The notes under the pieces were generated by a model, which was not told the DNA's origin, searched no databases, and saw nothing but the letters and a program-made list of their open reading frames with translations. Position numbers and translations under genes: made by a program. 64,000 bases of DNA from positions 90,954,001-91,018,000 of the forward strand of contig OZ024744.1 of assembly GCA_964016885.1 (NCBI GenBank). Direction: 5' to 3'. Shown one piece after another: positions 38,175 to 49,100 of the stretch; the first letter of the stretch is position 1; each line of letters opens with the position of its first letter. Source of the stretch: Eledone cirrhosa (lineage: Eukaryota).

Positions 38175-38214
<40 letters not shown>

Positions 38215-38547
38215 ATAATAATAAATGTGAAGACTAAAATTCAAAGAGGGCTCGATAAGGATAAATATATATCAAATATATAAGAACCGTAGAGCAAATA
38301 TTTATTAAAATAACAGATTAAAGTTTAGCAGAAGATCCCGTTAAGGGTGAAAGCAGCGATTCTTTGCTTAAACTTTAATCTGTTATTTTAATAAATATAT
38401 ATATATATATATATATGCAAAAGTTTTATTTAAAATTGTTGGGTTACAACAAGTAAATATTTTATAACTGATATAAAGCACTCGACAAGTTTTTGGAGTA
38501 GATATACGATGTTAAACAAATGGAAACTATATTTATAAAACCATATT

Positions 38548-38613
38548 TATTTTATTATACATATTTCGGGGATACCATATTAAAAATATGGCATGCCTTC
38601 GTCAGATAAAATA
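38548..38613 (-). ncRNA. Minimal type I hammerhead ribozyme (left arm)
   Basis: Reverse complement of 38730-38795. Confidence 0.78.
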
Positions 38614-38729
38614 CAATATATAAACAGTTTTATAAATAATTTTGACGTACCATAAATATGAGCTTCCTACATAATGGTCGCTCATATTTATGGTACGTCA
38701 AAATTATTTATAAAACTGTTTATATATTG

Positions 38730-38795
38730 TATTTTATCTGACGAAGGCATGCCATATTTTTAATATGGTATCCCCGAAATATGTATAATAAAATA
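38730..38795 (+). ncRNA. Minimal type I hammerhead ribozyme (right arm)
   Basis: tattttat CTGACGA a-ggcatgccatatt-ttt-aatatggtatccc-c GAAA t atgt a TA ataaaata. Stem I is 8 bp. Confidence 0.78.
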
Positions 38796-38849
38796 AATAT
38801 GGTTTTATAAATATAGTTTCCATTTGTTTAATATCGTATATATATATAT

Positions 38850-39697
38850 AGAGAGAGATTTTGAGGTTATGTTGGTTGTATACCAACACCTCAGTATGCA
38901 GGCTGATAACAACCCAACCAGGAACTGGGCATATCAGAGTATTGACAAAATGTACTTGTCTATACCATACTAATTCGGACTGCCTGAAGAGGTCACAGCC
39001 AAAGATGGCTGTCACTGAAATATATGACTCATTCTAAGTGTTGTTATTGTTGGAGTTAGCTTAAAAATTGATAAAATGGTAGAAGGGACAAGGTGTTAAA
39101 GGAACAAAATAACAAAAAAAGTGGATACTTCTAAATTGTTAGCAGCAGCAAGATATAAGCTGACCACTACAACAACAACAGTAACAAAATAATGGTGGAG
39201 GTCAAATGTACTGAACAATAGCAGGCAAAAACACTACAGGGAGCCTCACCCCAGAAAGAATTCTATAGACTTCTGACTGAGGAATGCTCTCTGAACCGAA
39301 CAATGGGAAGTTTGACACTTTTTTTGTTATTTTGTTCCTTTAACACCTTGTCCCTTCTACCATTTTATCAATTTTTAAGCTAACTCCAACAATAACAACA
39401 CTTAGAATGAGGAATGTTCTAATAACTGACCAATGAGAGGAGAAGGGGACCTGTGACACAAAAATTCGTTTGTTTGAATTCATATGACTCCAGTTCCCCA
39501 GTGAATTAACAACCCAACAAGGAACTGGGCATATCAGAGTATTGACAATATCATACACCTAAACAATATATGTACTTGTCTATACCATACTAATTCAAAC
39601 TGCCTGAAGAGGTCACAGCCAAAGATGGCTGTCACTGAAATATATATAGCAGTAATAAACAAAGCTAAATTTTAATCATTTGACTTTTATTTAACTT

Positions 39698-39705
<8 letters not shown>
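38850..39705 (+). mobile_element. Penelope-like remnant with direct repeats (about 38908-39025 and 39508-39645) and an internal inversion
   Basis: Direct repeat aacaacccaac.aggaactgggcatatcagag...ctgaagagg...gaaatatat. 39028-39123 is inverted at 39316-39411. Confidence 0.65.
39599..39653 (+). ncRNA. Minimal type I hammerhead ribozyme followed by AATAAA
   Basis: actgc CTGAAGA ggtcacagcc-aaagat-ggctgtcact GAAA t atat a TA gcagt, then aataaa at 39654-39659. Confidence 0.8.
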
Positions 39706-39795
<90 letters not shown>

Positions 39796-39841
39796 CAAAA
39801 GTATAGAAAACGTTGTAGCAAAAAGCCAACAGTATTCCATA

Positions 39842-39877
<36 letters not shown>

Positions 39878-39984
39878 CTGTATGTATGTGTATATATATA
39901 TATATGTATGTGTTTGTGTATGTATGTATGTATGTGCGTCTATATGTATGTGTTTGTGTATGTTTGTGTCTGTGTTTCAGTGCA

Positions 39985-40016
<32 letters not shown>

Positions 40017-40171
40017 CATATATCTATATGTATATATATATCTGTGTGTGTGTGTTTGTTTGTATGTATGTGTGTGTATATTTACAAATCTTTACTCTGT
40101 CAATTACTCTTGGCATTATCTCAACACAATCTCAGCTTCAGAGGTTCTCCTTAATTCTCTTAAATCTTTCT

Positions 40172-41525
40172 GTTGGTGGTAGAAGTGGTGGTGTTGATGG
40201 TGGTGGTGGTGTTGGTGGTGGTGGTGTTGGTGGTGGTGGTGGTGGTGGTGGTGGTGGTGGTGTTGCTGGTGATGTTGGTGATGTTGGTGTTGTTGGTGTT
40301 GGTGGTAGAGGTGGTGATGTTGGTGTTGGTGGTAGAGGTGGTGATGTTGGTGTTGGTGGTAGAGGTGGTGGTGTTGATGGTGGTGTTGGTAGAGGTGGTG
40401 GTGGTGGTGTTGCTGGAGGTGGTGGTGTTGGTGGTAGAGGTGGTGGTGTTGATGGTGGTGTTGGTAGAGGTGGTGGTGGTGGTGTTGCTGGAGGTGGTGG
40501 TGTTGGTGGTAGTGGTGGTGGTGGTGGTGTTGGTGGTAGAGGTGGTGGTGGTGGTGGTAGTGGTGGTGGTGGTGCTGGTGGTGTTGGTGGTAGAGGTGGT
40601 GGTGGTAGTGCTGGTGGTGGTGCTGGTGGTGGTAGTGGTGGTGTTGCTGGTGGTGTTGGTGGTAGAGGTGGTGGTGGTAGTGCTGGTGGTGGTGCTGGTG
40701 GTGGTAGTGGTGGTGGTGGTGTTGGTGGTAGAGGTGGTGAGGGTGGTGGTGGTGGTAGTGGTGGTGGTGGTGCTGGTGGTGGTAGTGGTGGTGGCGGTGG
40801 TGTTGCTGGTGGTGGTGGTGTTGGTGGTAGAGGTGGTGAGGGTGGTGGTGGTGGTAGTGGTGGTGGTGGTGGTGGTGGTGCTGGTGGTGGTAGTGGTGGT
40901 GGTGGTGGTGTTGCTGGTGGTGGTGGTGATAGTGGTGGTGGTAGTGGTGGTGGTAGTGCTGGTGGTGGTGCTGGTGGTGGTAGTGGTGGTGTTGCTGGTG
41001 GTGTTGGTGGTAGAGGTGGTGGTGGTAGTGCTGGTGGTGGTGCTGGTGGTGGTAGTGGTGGTGGTGGTGTTGGTGGTAGAGGTGGTGAGGGTGGTGGTGG
41101 TGGTAGTGGTGGTGGTGGTGCTGGTGGTGGTAGTGGTGGTGGCGGTGGTGTTGCTGGTGGTGGTGGTGTTGGTGGTAGAGGTGGTGAGGGTGGTGGTGGT
41201 GGTAGTGGTGGTGGTGGTGGTGGTGGTGCTGGTGGTGGTGGTGTTGCTGGTGGTGGTGTTGCTGGTGGTAGTGTTGCTGGTGGTGGTGGTGTTGCTGGTG
41301 GTGGTGGTGGTGGTGTTGTTGGTGGTGGTGGTGGTGGTAGTGGTGGTGGTGGTAGTGCTGGTGGTGGTAGTGGTAGTGGTGGTGGTGTTGCTGGTGGTGG
41401 TGGTGGAGTTGGTGTTGGTGGTGGTATCGGTGTTGGTGTGATGTCTGTGTTGGTGGTAGAGGTGGTGGTGATAGTGTTGGTGATGATGTCAGTGTTGGTG
41501 ATGATGATGATGATGGTGGTAGTGA

Positions 41526-41562
<37 letters not shown>

Positions 41563-42660
41563 CATGATGATGATGATGATGATGATGGTAGTGTTGGTGT
41601 TAGTGTTGGTGATGATGTCGGTGGTGGTAATGATGATGATGGTGTAGATGGGGGTGATGGTGGTAGAGTTGGCGGTGGTAATGATGATGGCGGTAGTGTT
41701 GGTGTCGATAGTGATGGTGTTGTTGGTGGTGATGATGATGACGGTAGCATTGGTGGTGGTGGTGGTGGTGGTGGTGGTGGTGGTGGTAGTGGTAATGATG
41801 ATGATGATAGTGGTGGTAGCATTGATGTCGATGGTGATGATGGTAGTATTGGTGGTGGTGGTGCCGGTGATGCTGCTGATGATAATAATGGTAGTGTTGG
41901 TGTTGGTGGTGATGATGATGATGATGGTAGTGTTGGTGTCGGTGGTGATGGTGTGGGTGGTGATGATGATGACCTTAGTGTTGGTGGTGATGGTGTCGGC
42001 GATGGTGGTGGTGATAATAATGGTAGTGTTGGTATTGGTGGTGATGATGATGATGATGGTGGTGTTGGTGTCGGCGATGGTGGTGGTGATAATAATGGTA
42101 GTGTTGGTATTGGTGGTGATGATGATGATGATGGTGGTGTTGGTGTCGGCGATGGTGGTGGTGATAATAATGGTAGTGTTGGTATTGGTGGTGATGATGA
42201 TGATGGTGGTGTTGGTGTCGGCGATGGTGGTGGTGATAATAATGGTAGTGTTGGTATTGGTGGTGATGATGATGATGATGGTGGTGTTGGTGTCGGCGAT
42301 GGTGGTGGTGATAATAATGGTAGTGTTGGTGGTGGTGTCGGTGGCAGTGATAACGATGCTGGTAGTGTTGGTGATGATGATGGTGATGATGATAAGGACG
42401 GGGTAGTGTTGGTGGTGGTGTTGGTGATGATGGTGATGGTGATGGTGTCGGTGGGTGGCAGTGATGATGATGATGATAAGGACGGGGTAGTGTTGGTGGT
42501 GGTGTCGGTGGCAGTGATAACGATGCTGGTAGTGTTGGTGATGATGATGGTCATGATGATAAGGACGGGGTAGTGTTGGTGGTGGTGCTAATGCTGATGG
42601 TTACCGTTGGTGGTGGTGGTACCACTGCTGCTGCTGCTGCTGCTGCTGTTGTTGTTGCAG
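40172..42660. repeat. (GGT)n grading into (GGT/GAT)n, with a block duplication of about 360 bp and superunits of about 78 bp
   Basis: ggtagaggtggtgaggg recurs at about 40727, 40826, 41075 and 41174. ggtgtcggcgatggtggtggtgataataat occurs five times in 41990-42320. Confidence 0.93.
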
Positions 42661-42757
42661 ACACATGATAAAAAGCGGTGCAGTAACAGAATCATGAGAA
42701 TGTCTGGCAGTTTCAGGCAGTTCTACATATTCAAAGAGTTTGTCTCATTATTACTTG

Positions 42758-43150
42758 GTTGATTGGCAGTATCGGTAGAGGGTCGGACGACATGCTTCAT
42801 AGCATGGAGTTACGTCCCTTTACGGTCTGAGTTCAAATACCGCCGAGGTTAACTTTGCTTTCATCCTTACGGGGTCGACAAAATAAAGTACCAGTAATGC
42901 ACTGGGTTATTTGCTGGCCTTGTGCCTAACGTAGAAACAATTATATATATATATTATAGGGGGGTGGATTGGCAGTATCTGTAGGGGGTCGGACGCCATG
43001 TTTTCCAGCATGGTTACGTCCCTTTACGATCTGAGTTCAAATCCCGCCGAGGTTGATTTTGCCTTTCATCCTTACGGGGTCGATAAAATAAAGTACCAGT
43101 AATGTACTGGGCATTTGCTGGCCTTGTGCCTAAAGTAGAAACAATTATTA
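42758..43150 (+). mobile_element. Two tandem tRNA-derived SINEs (Deu/Nin-like domain)
   Basis: Each has gattggcagtatc, ctgagttcaaat and ctttcatccttacggggtcga.aaaataaagtaccag. Confidence 0.82.
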
Positions 43151-43199
43151 CATCTGGTTCAACTTAAAATGGGAGAAGTACAGATTGCACAGCATGACT

Positions 43200-46100
43200 C
43201 TGTATGTGTATGCGTGTGTCTTTCTCTATGTGTGTATGTGTGTGTGTCTTTTTCTATGTGTGTATGTGTATGCGTGTGTCTTTCTCTGTTTGTATGTGTG
43301 TGTGTCTTTCTCTATATGTGTATGCGTGTGTGTGTCTTTCTCTATGTGTATGTGTGTGTGTCTTTCTCTATGTTTGTATGTGTGTGTCTTTCTCTATGTT
43401 TGTATGTGTGTGTGTCTTTCTCTATGTGTATGTGTGTGTGTGTCTTTCTCTATGTGTGCATGTGTGTGTGTGTCTTTCTCTATGTGTATGTGTGTGTGTC
43501 TTTCTCTATATGTGTATGCATGTGTGTCTTTCTCTATATGTGTATGTGTGTGTGTCTTTCTTTATGTTTGTATGTGTGTGTGTCTTTCTCTATGTGTATA
43601 TGTGTGTGTCTTTCTCTATGTGTATGTGTGTGTGTCTTTCTCTATATGTGTATGCGTGTGTCTTTCTCTATATATGTGTGTGTGTCTTTCTTTATGTTTG
43701 TATGTGTGTGTCTTTCTCTATATGTATATGTGTGTGTCTTTCTCTATGTGTATGTGTCTTTCTCTATGTTTGTATGTGTGTGTGTCTTTCTCTATGTTTG
43801 TATGTGTGTGTGTCTTTCTCTATGTGTATGTGTGTGTGTCTTTCTCTATATGTGTATGCGTGTGTGTCTTTCTCTATATGTGTATGCGTGTGTGTCTTTC
43901 TCTATATGTGTGTGTGTCTTTCTTTATGTTTGTATGTGTGTGTCTTTCTCTATGTGTATATGTGTGTGTCTTTCTCTATGTGTATGTGTGTGTGTCTTTC
44001 TCTGTGTTTGTATGTGTGTGTGTCTTTCTCTGTGTTTGTATGTGTGTGTGTCTTTCTCTATGTGTATGTGTGTGTGTCTTTCTCTATATGTGAATGCGTG
44101 TGTGTCTTTCTCTATATGTGTGTGTGTCTTTCTTTATGTTTGTATGTGTGTGTCTATCTCTATGTGTATATGTGTGTCTCTTTCTCTATGTGTATGTGTG
44201 TGTGTCTTTCTCTATGTTTGTATGTGTGTGTGTCTTTCTCTATGTTTGTATGTGTGTGTGTCTTTCTCTATGTGTATGTGTGTGTGTCTTTCTCTATATG
44301 TGTATGTGTGTGTGTCTTTCTCTATATGTGTATGTGTGTGTGTCTTTCTTTATGTTTGTATGTGTGTGTGTCTTTCTCTATGTGTATGTGTGTGTGTCTT
44401 TCTCTATGTGTGTATGTGTGTGTGTCTTTCTCTATGTTTGTGTGTGTGCGTCTTTCTCTATGTTTGTATGTGTGTGTGTGTCTTTCTCTATGTTTGTATG
44501 TGTGTGTGTGTCTTTCTCTATGTTTGTATGTGTGTGTGTCTTTCTCTGTGTGTATGTGTGTGTGTGTCTTTCTCTATGTTTGTATGTGTGTGTGTCTTTC
44601 TCTATGTGTATGTGTGTGTGTCTTTCTCTATATGTGTATGCGTGTGTGTCTTTCTCTATATGTGTGTCTTTCTTTATGTTTGTATGTGTGTGTCTTTCTC
44701 TATGTGTATATGTGTGTGTCTTTCTCTATGTGTATGTGTGTGTGTCTTTCTCTATGTTTGTATGTGTGTGTGTCTTTCTCTATGTTTGTATGTGTGTGTG
44801 TCTTTCTCTATATGTGTATGTGTGTGTCTTTCTTTATGTTTGTACGTGCGTGTGTCTTTCTCTATGTGTATATGTGTGTGTCTTTCTCTATGTGAATGTG
44901 TGTGTGTCTTTCTCTATGTGTGTATGTGTGTGTGTCTTTCTCTATGTTTGTATGTGTGTGTGTGTCTTTCTCTATGTTTGTATGTGTGTGTGTGTCTTTC
45001 TCTATGTTTGTATGTGTGTGTGTGTCTTTCTCTATGTTTGTATGTGCGTGTGTCTTTCTCTATGTGTGTATGTGTGTGTGTGTCTTTATCTCTGTATGTG
45101 TGTGTGTCTTTCTCTATGTTTGTATGTGTGTGTGTCTTTCTCTACGTGTATGTGTGTGTGTCTTTCTCTATGTATATGTGTGTGTGTGTCTTTCTTTATG
45201 TGTATAAGTGTGTGTGTGTCTTTCTCTATGTGTGTATGTGTGTGTGTGTGTCTTTATGTTTGTATGTGTGCGTGTCTATCTCTATGTGTATGTGTGTGTG
45301 TCTTTCTCTATGTCTATGTGTGCGTGTCTTTCTCTATGTTTGTATGTGTGTGTGTCTCTATGTTTGTATGTGTCTTTCTCTATGTGTATGTGTGTGTGTA
45401 TTTCTCTATGTTTGTATGTGTGTGTATTTCTCGATGTTTTTATGTGTGTGTCTTTCTCTATGTGTACGTGTGTGTGTGTTTCTCTATGTGTATGTGTGTG
45501 TGTCTTTCTCTATATGTGTATGTGTGTGTGTCTTTCTCTATATGTGTATGTGTGTGTGTCTTTCTCTATGTGTATATGTGTGTGTCTTTCTCTATCTGTA
45601 TGTGTGTGTGTGTCTTTCTCTATGTGTGTATGTGTGTGTGTCTTTCTCTATGTTTGTATGTGTGTGTGTCTTTCTCTATGTTTGTATGTGTGTGTGTGTC
45701 TTTCTCTATGTTTGTATGTGTGTGTGTGTCTTTCTCTATGTTTGTATGTGTGTGTGTCTTTCTCAATGTGTGTATGTGTGTGTGTCTTTATCTATGTTTG
45801 TATGTGTGTGTGTCTTTCTCTATGTTTGTATGTGTGTGTTTCTTTATCTATGTGTATGTGTGTGTGTCTTTCTCTATGTGTATGTGTGTCTTTCTTTATG
45901 TGTATAAGTATGTGTGTGTCTTTCTCTATGTGTGTATGTGTGCGTGTCTATCTCTATGTGTATCTGTGTGTGTCTTTCTCTATGTCTATGTGTGTGTGTC
46001 TTTCTCTATGTTTGTATGTGTGTGTGTCTCTATGTTTGTATGTGTGTGTGTATCTTTCTCTATGTGTATGTGTGTGTGTATTTCTCTATGTTTGTATGTG

Positions 46101-49100
46101 TGTGTGTGTATTTCTCTATGTTTGTATGTGTGTGTCTTTCTCTGTGTTTGTATGTGTGTGTGTCTTTCTCTATGTGTGTATGTGTGTGTGTCTTTCTCTG
46201 TTTATAATGTGTGTGTGTCTTTCTCTATGTGTATGTGTGTGTGTGTCTTTCTCTATGTGTGTATGTGTGTGTCTTTCTCTATGTTTGTATGTGTGTGTGT
46301 GTCTTTCTCTATGTGTGCATGTGTGTGTGTGTCTTTCTCTATGTGTATGTGTGTGTGTCTTTCTCTATGTTTGTATGTGTGTGTCTTTCTCTATGTTTGT
46401 ATGTGTGTGTGTCTTTCTCTATGTGTATGTGTGTGTGTCTTTCTCTATGTTTGTATGTGTGTGTGTCTTTCTCTATGTGTATGTGTGTGTGTCTTTCTCT
46501 ATGTGTGTATGTGTGTGTGTGTCTTTCTCTATGTGTGTATGTGTGTGTGTGTCTTTCTCTGTTTGTATGTGTGTGTGTCTTTCTCTATGTGTATGTGTGT
46601 GTGTCTTTCTCTATATGTGTATGCGTGTGTGTCTTTCTCTATATGTGTGTGTGTCTTTCTTTATGTTTGTATGTGTGTGTCTTTCTCTATGTGTATATGT
46701 GTGTGTCTTTCTCTATGTGTATGTGTGTGTGTCTTTCTCTATGTTTGTATGTGTGTGTCTTTCTCTATGTTTGTATGTGTGTGTGTGTCTTTCTCTGTTT
46801 GTATGTGTGTGTGTCTTTCTCTATGTGTATGTGTGTGTGTCTTTCTCTATATGTGTATGCGTGTGTGTCTTTCTCTATATGTGTGTGTGTCTTTCTTTAT
46901 GTTTGTATGTGTGTGTCTTTCTCTATGTGTATATGTGTGTGTCTTTCTCTATGTGTATGTGTGTGTGTCTTTCTCTATGTTTGTATGTGCGTGTGTCTTT
47001 CTCTATGTTTGTATGTGTGTGTGTCTTTCTCTATGTGTATGTGTGTGTGTCTTTCTCTATATGTGTATGTGTGTGTGTCTTTCTCTATATGTGTATGTGT
47101 GTGTGTCTTTCTTTATGTTTGTATGTGTGTGTGTCTTTCTCTATGTGTATATGTGTGTGTCTTTCTCTATGTGTATGCGTGTGTGTCTTTCTCTATGTGT
47201 GTATGTGTGTGTGTCTTTCTCTATGTTTGTATGTGTGTGTGTGTCTTTCTCTATGTTTGTATGTGTGTGTGTGTCTTTCTCTATGTTTGTATGTGTGTGT
47301 GTCTTTCTCTATGTGTGTATGTGTCTTTATCTCTGTTTGTATGTGTGTGTGTCTTTCTCTATGTTTGTATGTGTGTGTGTCTTTCTCTATGTGTATGTGT
47401 GTGTGTGGCTTTCTTTATGTGTATAGGTGTGTGTGTGTCTTTCTCTATGTGTGTATGTGTGTGTGTGTCTTTATGTTTGTATGTGTGCGTGTCTATCTCT
47501 ATGTGTATGTGTGTGTGTCTTTCTCTATGTCTATGTGTGTGTGTCTTTCTCTATGTTTGTATGTGTGTGTGTCTCTATGTTTGTATGTGTGTTTATGTGT
47601 CTTTCTCTATGTGTATGTGTGTGTGTATTTCTCTATGTTTGTATGTGTGTGTATTTCTCGATGTTTTTATGTGTGTGTGTCTTACTCTATGTGTACGTGT
47701 GTGTGTGTTTCTCTGTGTATGTGTGTGTGTCTTTCTCTATATATGTATGTGTGTGTGTCTTTCTCTATATGTGTATTTGTGTGTGTCTTTCTCTATGTGT
47801 ATATGTGTGTGTCTTTCTCTATTTGTATGTGTGTGTCTTTCTCTATGTGTGTATGTGTGTGTGTCTTTCTCTATGTTTGTATGTGTGTGTGCGTCTTTCT
47901 CTATGTTTGTATGTGTGTGTATGTCTTTCTCTATGTTTGTATGTGTGTGTGTGTCTTTCTCTATGTTTGTATGTGTGTGTGTCTTTCTCTATGTGTGTAT
48001 GTGTGTGTGTCTTTATCTATGTTTGTATGTGTGTGTGTCTTTCTCTATGTTTGTATGTGTGTGTTTCTTTCTCTATGTGTATGTGTGTGTGTCTTTCTCT
48101 ATGTGTATGTGTGTCTTTCTTTATGTGTATAAGTGTGTGTGTGTCTTTCTCTATGTGTGTATCTGTGTGTGTGTCTTTATGTTTGTATGTGTGCGTGTCT
48201 ATCTCTATGTGTATGTGTGTGTGTCTTTCTCTATGTCTATGTGTGTGTGTCTTTCTCTATGTCTATGTGTGTGTGTCTTTCTCTATGTGTATGTGTGTGT
48301 GTCTCTATGTTTGTATGTGTGTGTGTCTTTCTCTATGTGTATGATGTGTGTCTTTCTCTATGTGTGTGTGTGTGTCTTTCTCTATGTGTATGTGTGTGTG
48401 TCTTTCTCTATGTGTATGTGTGTGTCTCTTTCTCTATGTGTGTGTGTGTCTTTCTCTATGTGTATGTGTGTGTGTGTCTTTCTCTATGTGTGTATGTGTG
48501 TGTGTCTTTCTCTATGTGTATGTGTCTTTCTCTATGTTTGTATGTGTGTGTCTTTCTCTGTGTTTGTATGTGTGTGTGTCTTTCTCTATGTGTGTATGTG
48601 TGTGTGTCTTTCTCTGTTTATATGTGTGTGCGTCTTTCTCTATGTGTATGTGTGTGTGTGTCTTTCTCTATGTGTGTATGTGTATGTGTGTCTTTCTCTA
48701 TGTTTGTATGTGTGTGTGTGTCTTTCTCTATGTGTGCATGTGTGTGTGTCTTTCTCTATGTTTGTATGTGTGTGTCTTTCTCTATGTTTGTATGTGTGTG
48801 TGTCTTTCTCTATGTGTATGTGTGTGTGTCTTTCTCTATGTTTGTATGTGTGTGTGTGTCTTTCTCTATGTGTATGTGTGTGTGTGTCTTTCTCTATGTT
48901 TGTATGTGTGTGTGTCTTTATGTGTATGTGTGTGGGTCTTTCTCTATGTATATGTGTGTATGTCTTTCTCTATGTTTGTATGTGTGTGTCTTTCTCTATG
49001 TGTATGTGTGTGTGTGTCTTTCTCTATGTGTGTATGGGTGTGTGTCTTTCTCTGTTTGTACGTGTGTGTGTCTTTCTCTATGTTTGTATGCGTGTGAGTG

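Larger units (their letters stand above)
38502..38841. repeat. About 162-bp near-perfect inverted repeat with 16-nt spacer (Penelope-like terminal fold-back)
   Basis: Arms 38502-38663 and 38680-38841, spacer ttcctacataatggtc. Confidence 0.93.
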
